A stretch of 57,183 nt of DNA, counting the filler, from Perkinsus olseni (lineage: Eukaryota): the NCBI GenBank assembly GCA_013115125.1. It is 7 parts of 7 records of this genome, joined end to end, with 100 filler letters (N's around TTAATTAATTAA, not from the genome) between each part and the next. Parts side by side here need not be neighbours in the genome. Positions count along the whole stretch, not along the records: positions 16,468 to 24,574 come from JABANN010000984.1; positions 24,675 to 32,753 come from JABANN010000985.1; positions 32,854 to 40,919 come from JABANN010000986.1; 4 more parts are not named here. One strand, given 5' to 3'. This document shows, one piece after another, positions 23,072-34,092 of the stretch. The position numbers and the translations under genes are program-made. Position 1 is the first letter of the stretch; the number at the start of each line of letters is the position of its first letter. The notes below the pieces were generated by a model. That model had not been told where the DNA came from, searched no databases, and was given only the letters and a program-made list of their open reading frames with translations.

Positions 23072-24304
23072 TTGGTTCAGCGTTTCTCCCGGGGGCTCTA
23101 CTGTCGCAGGGACGGGTTTTTCGGGCACCTCAGGACTTTGCGTGCCTACCTTGCCATGCGGTCCGGCAGGAGGGCATCGGCGACCCGTCACGGAAAGGCG
23201 CCTAGTTGGACACCGATTCGGGGTGTATGGCGCCCCTTGGGGTCTCTGAGGGGCTCAGTGCGTACGGAGCGGCATCCGAGGGCCTCGGTGTCTCGGGTAC
23301 CTAGGGTCTTGTCTATAGACCGGGCTCCTCGAAGTAGGAGGTCGGCATCTGCGCGAAGGCAGGAGTTGCAGGTAGCGGCAGCCGCGACGACACAGGCCCA
23401 GCTGGACGATTTCGTGGGAGAAGCCCTGTCGGTGTCCACGCGCCGTCAGAGGACCTCCGCTTGGAATTCGTATCAGCTGGCGGTGGAAGCTGCCGATATG
23501 AGTGAGGGTGACTTTGGGGTGACTAGTCTTGTGACCTGGGTGCGAGCCATGGCTGTTGGTGACTACGCCTTCTCCACCATCCAGAATTATGTGGGGCATG
23601 TTCGGAGGATGGCGAAGGAGAAAGGTTTACCTATTCTGGATGACCGGGATGAGCGTGTTTTGGAGCTGGCTTTGCGGGCGGGCCGGAAAATTGTTGGAGA
23701 TCCTGGCCCCCGGAAGGCGATAGCCCTGGACAAAGCTCGGGTTCTCGCGGTTGCCGCGAAGCTTAGCCCGCTTGATGCGGATATCCTCCTGGCCGGAGTT
23801 TTGGGAATGTGCCGGTGTTCGGAGCTCTTTGGTTTCCTCGCTGGTCATTTGGCTCCCACGGCAGGCGGAGTTAGTATGCTGGTTGCTATGTCGAAAACGG
23901 ACCAATTCGCGGCCGGTTCGCGCATTTATTTGGGCTGTACTGGTCATCGTAAGAAGAATGCGAATGTTTGCGAGGATGAATGGTGTGTAGCGCATCGTCT
24001 ACTTCGACGTTCGAGACAGGCTGAAGAACCGGATTCCCCTCTTTTCCCTACGGATAAAGTCTCCTTCGCGGAAAGGCTGCGAGCGGCGGTGACTGCGGTG
24101 GTGGGCTGTAGTCCCACGGAAGCGACCACTCATATGATGCGGCGCTCGGGGGCCTTGATTTACCATCGAGGTGGGGTTCCTCTGCTTGAGATTGCCGAGA
24201 TGGGCCGGTGGAAGGACTCTACTTGTCTGCAAGGCTATTTAAGGGCCGCCTTTGACGCGCCTAAGTACTACACTGACTTAACGGCGTCGATCTGGGCACA
24301 ATAG
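23072..24304 (+). CDS. ORF3, tyrosine recombinase (first ATG at 23156)
   Basis: Catalytic set present: R (GMCRCSEL), K (SKTDQ), HxxR (THMMRRSGA), W (MGRWKD), Y (LQGYLR); core-binding-like segment STIQNYVGHVR. Confidence 0.92.
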   Translation: MVQRFSRGLYCRRDGFFGHLRTLRAYLAMRSGRRASATRHGKAPSWTPIRGVWRPLGSLRGSVRTERHPRASVSRVPRVLSIDRAPRSRRSASARRQELQVAAAATTQAQLDDFVGEALSVSTRRQRTSAWNSYQLAVEAADMSEGDFGVTSLVTWVRAMAVGDYAFSTIQNYVGHVRRMAKEKGLPILDDRDERVLELALRAGRKIVGDPGPRKAIALDKARVLAVAAKLSPLDADILLAGVLGMCRCSELFGFLAGHLAPTAGGVSMLVAMSKTDQFAAGSRIYLGCTGHRKKNANVCEDEWCVAHRLLRRSRQAEEPDSPLFPTDKVSFAERLRAAVTAVVGCSPTEATTHMMRRSGALIYHRGGVPLLEIAEMGRWKDSTCLQGYLRAAFDAPKYYTDLTASIWAQ

Positions 24305-24673
24305 TTAAGGCCCGGACAATGCGTGTGGCTATCGTGATTGAGTAACTGTTTCAGAATGATCTCGCTTGAGCAGGCCCTGAGTTGTGATTTGGGGGATAGC
24401 TGGAGGCATTGCCTCCGAGCCTCCGAGCCTCGGAGTCCGAGGTAGACAACCCTCGCTTAGTGAACGAAGTATGGTCGGCGGTGCGGGTGACGGGTCGAGT
24501 TGGGTGGACACTTCACCTTGTCGTTCCTCCCGGCCTTGAGATCAAGGCAGTGTGGCTCGACAACGTGAGTGTCANNNNNNNNNNNNNNNNNNNNNNNNNN
24601 NNNNNNNNNNNNNNNNNNTTAATTAATTAANNNNNNNNNNNNNNNNNNNNNNNNNNNNNNNNNNNNNNNNNNN

Positions 24674-25920
24674 NGAGGAGGAGGAGTCATGTGAAGGTCG
24701 TCCTAGCAGCCACCGAAGCCAGCCGCTCCCGAATCAACGTTGAGAAGAGAGTGAGGATCGAAGCATCTGCTCGGTGCGAGTCCATCAATCTTACGGCATA
24801 CGCTTCTGAAGACCTGGTCTCATTTATCGAGATGTGTATTTCCACATCCAACTCGGTCTTAGTCGTTAACCTGATATTACGATACACGAACTTTTGTTCA
24901 GCGATGGCTCAATCATCGCCTGAGCTTCGGTAACGAGGAGAGTCAGGGTAACGCATTAGCCTTGCCATCGGGGAGCGCTACAAGGGAGGAGATCGAGGCG
25001 GTTCTGGAATGGATCAAATCTTGTGTCTTTTTCACTCCTCGGATGGTCGCGGAGAGCAAGGGGGTAAGATGACCTTTGAGGGCCGATGCTTCAGTTATTG
25101 GAATATACGAAAAAGTGGTATCGCCACTTCTTTCTTGCTCACTGTTTGTATTCCAGCGATATTTTGACTCGGAACATTTGTTTTCACGAGGAGCGCAAGG
25201 GGGCCAACGCTGCGGGCTCGCGCTCGTGTTGATTCCGAAGCGTTGTTCGCGACAGCTGAACATCTCAGGACATCGTACCAGACTTGGTGAAGTCCCTTCT
25301 CGGGAGATGGACCACCACTATGCTTGAACAGCATGGTTACGTGAACTGGTATGAATGCGATAGAGAGATCGTGATGCTACTGGAAGCAGGTGACGTGGCA
25401 CCTCCTAAGTCCGGTGCACCTTGATAGTTCTGTTCTTACAGGCTTCCCTCAGCTACGTCTAGAGCCCCAGCATGCGAGGCTCATGCGTCTTCAGGACTTT
25501 TACCAGGCAATTCTGCATCACTCAGCCGCCTGCGAAGCATATGCAGATCCACAGTCTACTGTCGAGGATGGTGAGAAGCCTTGGCAACTCGGATGCCCAC
25601 AAATGGTTCTCGTTTCAGTTCCAGAGCATCTCTCCGTTGCTGTCTCGAAGCTATCTCGCACGCCTCGCCAGTCTCCTACTCTCGCGATGCGAGTAAACTT
25701 TGGTCGGTGGCTTGGCCAATTCTTGGACAAGAGAGGGTATCAGTCTTGGCCGGGCTGGTTCTCCGATGGTCGAGTGATTCACGTTGTGCTGAGGAGCACG
25801 TTCCCTCCCCTGAAGCGGAGGAAGAGTGCTGCTCTTCGAAGCCTCGCGGTGCTTGCTGCTGCTTCTGCTGATAGAGCTGTGGGGAACGCAGTTCCGATGT
25901 GCGTAGGGGACTGTGTCTGA
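24674..25920 (+). CDS. Hypothetical protein family X, copy 1 (5'-truncated, multi-exon)
   Basis: Shares blocks with 28788-30295: ATREEIEAVLEW / ATADEIDEIIQW, PDLVKSLLGRWTT, FGRWLGQFLDKRGYQSWPGWFSDG..LRSTFPPLK. Confidence 0.65.
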
Positions 25921-26458
25921 GGGATGGTTCGGCAAACCTTCACGGTTGCCTTGCCAAGTATGTTTTCGCATAGTATGATGATACATATCATACTATTAAT
26001 TTACTTCTTCTCAGTTTTTTCATCTCTATGTAGCCATATCTCTCGCCAGGGATCATGGCAGCCGGAACAACGGGCCATACCGGCTCATGATTATGCTGGT
26101 CACTTTACTGTACGGATTACTATCGTCATACTTTATTACCTTTTCATTTACTCACGGTCGCATCGGTCCGGCAAGTGGATCCGATATTCAGCTGTCTTGT
26201 CGGCATTTCCCAGCTTATCCAGGCCCAGTGAACTATGCTAGCATCATGCTTTTCTCACCGGGGGGTTTGTGTTGATAATTCGATGGTTTCTAGGTTTGGT
26301 ATGGTCGAATAGCGGCTTGCATCGCGCATTGTTGCTGTAACGAAAAATGACTTCCTGTTTATTATTCTCGGGAATTTGGAAGCGCTGCGGTGTGCCATTG
26401 CTTCTGATCATTTGGCCTCTACTGGAATTTTAAGTCAGGGGACATTGGTAAACTTGGA

Positions 26459-26530
26459 AGGTTCTATCGGGATTCAAACCCGAGTCGCTGGATTCAAAGT
26501 CCAGAGTGCAAACCACTACACTATAGAACC
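26459..26530 (-). tRNA. tRNA-Gln (anticodon TTG)
   Basis: Reverse complement GGTTCTATAGTGTAGTGGTTTGCACTCTGGACTTTGAATCCAGCGACTCGGGTTTGAATCCCGATAGAACCT folds as a cloverleaf: 7-bp acceptor GGTTCTA/TAGAACC, anticodon arm CTGGA-CTTTGAA-TCCAG, T-stem TCGGG/CCCGA. Confidence 0.9.
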
Positions 26531-26839
26531 TTAGGTTCAGTAGCTGGTAGGAGCATGGATGCTCCTCTAGGACGACCAACGCCTCCTGCCAGGAAACAAC
26601 ATCGCCAAACAGGTGAAGCAAAGCACACGGCGCACTGTATTTAGTTGACGGAGGAACAGGACTTACGTTCGCTCCGTTTCGGAACGCACAAGCTGTTTTC
26701 TTCCAACTCTTGGGACCCGGGTTCACACCACTAAAGCGACGATGGTTTCTCTGATAACCACTTTAAGTTGGACCCCGCGCCGCCGCCCACGGTGCTCGTT
26801 GCTCTGTCACTGAGTGGTTGATCAGTTGTGCTGCAACTA

Positions 26840-28616
26840 ATGTCAACCGCTCGCCAAGGTACGAGTGAACGCCATCCTCTCCTATTGACGCCTCTGCGCA
26901 TCCGCGTCGACTTTCTCATCGGCTTCGTCTGCATCTTCGGAGACTTCCTTGGCGACAACTTGCTCGCTCCGTCGTATGAGATATTTATTCAACGTTATGG
27001 TCCACCAGGTGAGACGACCAATTTGCGCTCCCCAACATCCCATAGAAAGTTTTGATATCCAAGCTGGATGATTCAATCCCGGTGTGAGAGGCTCAATCTC
27101 ATCGTCTGTCAGGCATCAACTTTGGCCTGTCGACCTCTCTCATCACAGCCGCCTACCTCGCAGGGAGAGGCGTGGCCGCGTCTTGCTTCGGGAGTGCAAC
27201 AGATTACCTTGGAAGGTGGAACGTTTTGTTGTTTTGTACCATCGCCACAGCCATCGGGTTTCTCTTGCAAGTACGTTGTGGGGTCGAAATGATTGAGTCG
27301 CCGACGCATTCCTTCTCAGGCGCTATCTTGGAGTTTCTGGTCTTTAGTCGGGTTTCGACTCTTTACTGGCCTCGCGGGTGGCACTAGGGCGGTGGTTGTT
27401 GTGTAAGCCTGTCAAATGACTCCCTGAGGAGGGAGGAGACCCGATCGCTACTATCTCTAGGTACATGTGTGACTGGATAACGCAACCAGCTCTGCTGAAC
27501 TTTTGGATGTCACTTATTCCCGTAGTTTCCAGTAGCTCATCGTTCGTTGGGCCTCTGATCGGCGGAGTGGTGGCTCAAGTAAGATGCCTGTGATAGTGCT
27601 GATGGTATCATGCTATGCTGTTCTCGCCAGGCGGATGAAAGTAAGCCGCTCAACCCAGCCTACGTGGGATTCGCTCTGAACACCATGGCCTTACTTTTGG
27701 TTATCTTGTTTATGCGGAAGTCGCCTCTGGACAAGGACAAAGGGCTGAGGCGGCTTTTCCAACCCAGGTCGAGCAGCGCAGGATCGAAGGCCAGCGCGAA
27801 GCGGAGGATGAACTCTTCGGGCTCACTCGTTGAATGGTAGGACAGCTACCAACTCTGGCAGTCCTAGCCTCTGAGAAGCCGAGGAGTCAGCTTCCCAGTG
27901 CCACGGTCCAGGTCCGGCCTCGGCCTGCTCGCTCTTTGTACTGCCGCGTCCAGTGCGGGCACGCAGGGATGGTCAGTACTGCTCATCACAGTCCAGAAGG
28001 AGCTTGACCTATCCAGTATGGTGATAGGCCTTATAAGCGGTTGGTGTGGCCTCGCAGTCATTAGTAAGAGCTGTTCCGAAATGGCTTCATTCTGTGAGGC
28101 TCCTCATCTCAGTCGGGCAACTTCTTCTGCTCCCCTTCATGTTGCGGAAGTTGAAGTGGGGCGAAGTCCAAGTGATGTTGTTTGGATTTGCCATATCCTC
28201 ATGTATCTTGGCACTTGGTTTCATCTCCAATCTATGGGCTGTCCTCATCCTTGGATGGGTCTTCTCTCTTGGGCTGCCTCTTGTTATGACCGTGGTCTTC
28301 GCGGTGAGTCCTGCCTCTGCCTCGCTGCTGCTGACGCAGTGGGCTCGCTCCTCAGATGTTCTCGCGGCTCTGCGACCCTTCGGTTAAGGGGAGGGTTGTC
28401 GGACTGGTGGCGTTTGTGTCAAACATGACGAAGGTGTTCTCAGTACTTCTCTGCGGTGTACTGTACGACATCGCGAAATGGATTCCTTATACGATGGTGA
28501 GTAACAGTGGTTCCTCTAAGCGCACCGCTCGATGAGCTGTACTTCGAAGGGCATTCGTCCATTGCCGGATGATGAGCTGCGGGCTTGCCTACAGTACGCG
28601 CAATCTAAAGAGATAG
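26840..28616 (+). CDS. MFS transporter (DHA1/TetA-like), copy 1, multi-exon; end approximate
   Basis: TM1 LRIRVDFLIGFVCIFGDFLGDNLLAP; motif A-like GSATDYLGRWN; FRLFTGLAGGT; SSFVGPLIGG; multiple TM exons. Confidence 0.85.
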
Positions 28617-28787
28617 TTTCGTGTCCCCGGCATAACTTTTCACCTAGAGCTCGTATGGACCCGAAATTTCGGATATGAGCTCTCCTAACATTGTTCTATT
28701 GCTTAAACGTGTCACGGATCAAATTATCGAGCGAAAAATTTTTGGTGCATTATTCCAAAACTGACGTATGAGCCAGAGCCGATCGAG

Positions 28788-30295
28788 ATGAGCAATGATT
28801 TGCTTCCTATGAGAGGGGGGCTGCCAGCGTCGCGTACAGTCATGGGCTATGATTTGCCTGAGAGGACTCCTCTGACTAAAATGAGTCATGTCGATCCGGC
28901 AGCGTTGCTCTTACACCAGGCCAAATTTTCGCCGGGTTCTTCGCGACTTGGCTTGTTCTCGAGTGGCATCATCTTCCCTCTTCCTCGCAGTTGTTCGCAG
29001 TGGTGGTTTGTGGAATACTCGCGAGCATCGCGTTGATGAGGGAGCTTCCGCGGGCCTTGAGCAGACGAAGAAGCAAAAGGCTCCTCATTGCGGCAACAAC
29101 GAGTAAGACGGAAGGCGAAGAGCCTGTCCCTGTGGAAAAAGTAAGTTGAACTGCGGCATCTCTTGCTACTTGAAAATGCGGTTGCCGTCGCAGCTTCGCG
29201 GTGCCCCTGTGTACTCAATCCCGGGCTTGTGTCTCGCTACTGCCTCTGATCGAGGTCATTCCCATATTTTTTTCAAGAGATTTTTGAAGTGGGAGTTATC
29301 GCCTGGCCTTGCTAGTTCTCTCCTGTGTCTTCAGCACCGTGGCCTGCCTCATCGTTTTGGGTTTGATTATGAGGATGAGCGGCAGAGTACACTGGGCATG
29401 CCATATGGTCGAGCGACTGCTGATGAGATAGATGAAATCATCCAGTGGGCCAAGCTCGGATTCGAACGAAGGCCACGTCTGCCCCTCGAGAGCAAATCGG
29501 TGAGCGTCTCTGCGGGATAGCCGGAACGCGATTCCGAGATTCTGTTGGAGTTAATTCTGCTCTCGGTTTCGGTTTTCTGGCGGAAGGGCGGCGAATAAGA
29601 GTCCGTTAACGGGTACTGTATGTGGAGACGGGTTTCGCCGTGAATCGATCAGGTCCTCATTCCAGATTTGGTGAAGTCGCTCCTGGGGAGATGGACCACA
29701 AAGATGCTCGAAACACACGGTTATCGCAACTGGCTGCTCTGCATCGACGACGTCTTCGCACTGCTCGAGAACGGTAGGCTTGGTTGTCACTGTTGGCGTT
29801 TATCTTATTTAATTCCCAGGATTCCCCTCTCTGCGGGATGAAGGCTCCGAATGGCATCCCGATGAGCGCCGACTATTTGTTTTTTATAGCGCTCTGATGA
29901 AGCACTTGGCGGCTTGTGAGGGCCCCGACGGGAATGGCGGCCTGGCCGGGGAACAGGGTGAGCTGAGATCAGGCGAACTCCGCTAAGGAGTGATCACCAG
30001 GTGTCTTTTTGTTGTTGTTGTAGAACTGCAAGACGTTGCGTCTAGGGTATCTCGGCTGACCGCGCGCCCTAAAATTAAACCAACCGAGATGCACCGAATC
30101 ATGTTTGGACGCCGGTTGAGTGAATTCCTCGTCAACCGAGGGTACATGAGCTGGCCTGGCTGGTTCGCCGATGGCGAGAACCTGCACACCTTGCTCCGAA
30201 GCACCTTCCCGCCACTCAAGTCGAGAATGAAGTATTCTCTCCATAGCTTAGCAGTTCTCGCTACTTCTCCTGTTGAGGAGAAGAAAGTTTTTTGA
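28788..30295 (+). CDS. Hypothetical protein family X, copy 2 (multi-exon)
   Basis: GMPYGRATADEIDEIIQW, PDLVKSLLGRWTTKMLETHGY, FGRRLSEFLVNRGYMSWPGWFADG..LRSTFPPLK; homologous to copy 1. Confidence 0.65.
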
Positions 30296-30616
30296 CGACC
30301 TTGTGCTCCTATCCGCATCGGAACTTCTCGACGCCTCCGCGTGTCCCAGCTCATCGGTCTTAGACCAAGACCGCTTTCTCGACCGTTTCGTTTGGGTACG
30401 CCTGAAAGACTGATGGTCTCCGCTCGAACTACGATGTTCGACATTCGCTTGCTCGGGTAGCGGCAATTGTGGAATTATATCTTTCCCATATTTGCGTTGG
30501 TAAGCCTCTAAAAGCCACCTTAGACTGGATACGGTGAGGCCTGTATTTGTAGGCTCGTCATGGTTCTGTGCAATAATCACGTCCGGTCAACTATTTGTAT
30601 AAAAATCTTTCCGACC

Positions 30617-30713
30617 NNNNNNNNNNNNNNNNNNNNNNNNNNNNNNNNNNNNNNNNNNNNNNNNNNNNNNNNNNNNNNNNNNNNNNNNNNNNNNNNNNNN
30701 NNNNNNNNNNNNN
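30617..30713. other. Intra-scaffold assembly gap (Ns without linker)
   Basis: N-run lacking TTAATTAATTAA. Confidence 0.95.
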
Positions 30714-31193
30714 NCATCGGTGCTTTTTTCCAATGATGATAGGCTGTTGATTATAGTGCATTCAATCTGGGGATGGACAGCTTTGATATAGTGCATGGTA
30801 AAATTGTGATTCCTCCTGCAGCGGTTCTCCTCCCGCCGGGAGGAATCGCACCGCTATCTCGGCGCATGTTGAGAGAGCCCTTGTGTGTTCTCACGTAGCT
30901 GCGCAGTAGTTGAGCTCTTCGTCGCGTTGCCTACGAGTCGTAGGAGGACACGATTCTGAGCAGACGTTCGAACCAGCCCTGAAGACGCTCGTGCCAAGGA
31001 GGACGCGCGAGAGGGTCTGGCGCGGGAGGAAGGCACATACCTCCAGTGAAAGCGCGTTACGGTCATCGCGTTGTGGCCGCTTGCTTCGCCACCTCGTCGC
31101 GCGACTCGCACGGAGTGGCTTCCCGGAAGCGGCACTCTGAATGCAACCTTGCTTTGCCGCTCCATCATTTTTCACGGCCTAGCTTTTTTACCG

Positions 31194-32753
31194 ATGGCGC
31201 AAAAGGCCAAAGTATCAAACACGCAACTTTTCCGTGCCACCCCTCCGCGCCTGCGGGTGGACTTCGCGATCGCCATGATGTGCATCTTTACCGATTTCCT
31301 CGGTGATAATTTGTTGGCCCCCACTTACGAGCTCTTCATAAGGGAGCACGGTATCCCAGGTGAGGGGCACTCCGGGTTCGGAACCGCTATCCTATTCATG
31401 GATGTCAGGTATGGGCTTCGGCCTCGCCGTGTCGATTCTTACGATGTCATTCATCTTTGGGAGATGCTTCGGCTCGGCTATCATGGGGCATGTTTCCGAT
31501 CACGCTGGTCGCTGGAACACGATGATGGTCTGCTCGCTGTTAACTGCCTTTGGATTTTTGTTACAAGTAATCATCATACTGAGAGGCCGACGCTCTCGAG
31601 TTCATCGGTCTACCTCTCTCTGTTTCAGGCGCTGTCGTGGAGTTTCTGGTCCCTCGTCGGCTTCCGCTTCTTCACGGGCTTCGTTGGCGGAACAAGAGTT
31701 GTTATCATTGTGTGAGTGTACATGTATGTGGTTGAAGCGTCCGCCCTCTCCCCCAGCTAGATGAGGTTCCTGGCCCCCAGCAGTGCTATTCAATAGGCGC
31801 TAGCTGTCGATTTGAATGATAGGATAATCGCATCATCGTTCGTTACCGTCTTCTTCCTCACTACTGTAGTCTCCTGCCATTCTAGGTACATTACTGACTG
31901 GATGACCGAGCGGTATATGCTCACGTTTTGGATGTCCTTCATTCCCATCGTCTCCAGTGTCTCTTCCTTTGCTGGTCCATTTTTCGGAGGAATAGTCGCT
32001 CAGGTAGTGGCCCGGTGTACCGCAGGAGCCTCGCCCGTTCTAGGAAGTCTCTTCTCAGGCGGACCAATCTCATCCCTTGAACCCGGCTTACGCCGGCTTC
32101 GCCTTGAACGCGACGAGCTTTCTCCTGGTTCTGTTATTCATGAGGAAGTCTCCGAAGGATGCAGGGCTGCGTATTTGTATATCCAAGAAAAACGAAGTAT
32201 CTTCTAGCGCGGCTTCGACACCAAGCAGCGCCTTCGGTCCTCTGGTCGAGTGGTAAGATACCAGCCGCGTATTCGGAGCAGTTGGTTGCAGTAGTCTCTG
32301 TCCTCAGGAAAGCCGTCCTTCTCTGGTTCTTAGTCTGTGGCCTTTCAAGTGCAGGAACCCAAGGGTGGTCTGTCCTCCTTGTGACTATTCAGAAGGAGCT
32401 GGGCTTATCCAGCCTCGTGGTTGGATCTATCAGTGGATGGTGCGGTCTGATGATCATAGGTAGGGCTGGCAACTCCCTTTGAGTATACTAGCTACGTGAT
32501 TGTCCCTTCAGCCGGTCAGCTACTGGTTCTCCCCATCCTCTTCCATCGACTCAAATTTTCTGAAGGCGCTGTGGTCGTCTTCGGTTTCGCACTATCCCCG
32601 AGTATCATTATCCTTGGCTTCGTCGCTGACTTGTGGGCGACAGTTGCAATAGGCTCCCTGTTCTCTTTGGGCGTCCCTTTGATCATGACGATGGGCTTTG
32701 CAGTAGGAAGGGAATTAAGCGTCTCCTCGTTGTATTCCCATGATTATAAATCC
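31194..32753 (+). CDS. MFS transporter, copy 2, 3'-truncated
   Basis: LRVDFAIAMMCIFTDFLGDNLLAP; motif A GHVSDHAGRWN; FRFFTGFVGGT; SSAGTQGWSVLLVTIQKELGLS; same exon layout as copy 1. Confidence 0.85.
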
Positions 32754-34092
32754 NNNNNNNNNNNNNNNNNNNNNNNNNNNNNNNNNNNNNNNNNNNNTTA
32801 ATTAATTAANNNNNNNNNNNNNNNNNNNNNNNNNNNNNNNNNNNNNNNNNNNNACTCGCTAAATTGCTATCAAAATGGTTTAAACCGAACGAAAAAACAT
32901 TTTATTTGCTCGGGAAAAGGTGTAGTTGTATACGGTGGATGCGATTATGGTTGGAACGCCCGTGGGCGCCGCCTCTCGTTGAGCAACATGACACACGAGT
33001 TTCGTTTTCCAGTCCGTCAGCAATAACATGAGGCGCCACAAGAAGCACGGAACGTCGCATTCATGGATCAACAGAATGCCGATTTGGACTTTGGCCAAGT
33101 AGGTGTAAGCGCCACAACCACACAACACTTCGGGAGCTCGGATGGCTCATTCGGAACGATACTCAGGCAGAAGTGATCCACTCGACCTATGTCGCTAATC
33201 GGGCAGCCCAATTTGGGACAAATGGTACTGCTGCGCTAGTTGCATAACCGCTATAAGCTGCAAAGCGATTTCGAGTTTAAAAACATCTCGTACTTGCTAC
33301 TGGTAGCCGCCGTCAAGTTGAGGCTCGAACCGACAACGCCTGCCATCAGCTAGGTTCGAGCTTCGAGTCTAGCTCATTCCGCTAAGCTGAGGCCGACGGC
33401 GCTCACCTGGGGGAGTGGCCCCGCCAAGGCAGACGGTAGTAAGGATGAAGCGATTGTGATCTTCTACACGGAGTTCAAGGCATGCCTCAAGCATTGGAGC
33501 TACACGGCAAGAGACCATAACTACGAAGAACGGCCATTCAAGGTTAGACAGTACGCGCCACCACGGAAGCGTGCGCACGCGTGCCGAGCCTAGCGTCACG
33601 GTCGCGTCACGCCTCGAGAAACAGCTCCTGCGTTCCGTTTCACCGAGCAGAGTAATTTAGCTAAGCAGCATCACGAGTCAGGGTCCGTGACCGAACGGGT
33701 GGATTGTGGATCCCGTAACTAACCGAAACACCATGTTTGTGCGGACTTCAAGCCGAGATCGTCTTGCTTATACGCTACGTACGCAACGAGCGTAGGTAGA
33801 TTCTCTCGATTGGGTTCAGAGATTCGTTCAGAATCTTGTGCTTGATTATCAATGTTTTCCTTCAGCTAGAGTCGGGTTTGCTCATTGGCCGGAAAGCCCG
33901 TACGCCTGTCGAGGGTTGGTTTTGAGTTTCAGCAACCATCGCTGTACCTACGTCATAAAGCGTCACCGCAAAACTCTCGCGTTTAAGCGGCCAGCTAGGC
34001 TCAGTTCATGGGCTGGAATTGTCTCCACATATGAACGTGTACACAGTCCTGCATATAAAGCACTCAGTCTTCCTTTTTATTTTTCTTCCAGA

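Larger units (their letters stand above)
19350..24574 (+). mobile_element. Tyrosine-recombinase retrotransposon (DIRS order; Ngaro/PAT-like layout); 3' end cut by the contig edge, 5' boundary approximate
   Basis: Three intronless same-strand ORFs in the order gag-like, RT-RNase H, YR; no DDE integrase or protease seen. Confidence 0.9.

Noticed and set aside
10198-24574. Linkage of the PUFA cluster to the retrotransposon
   Set aside because: They are on different contigs separated by an artificial linker.
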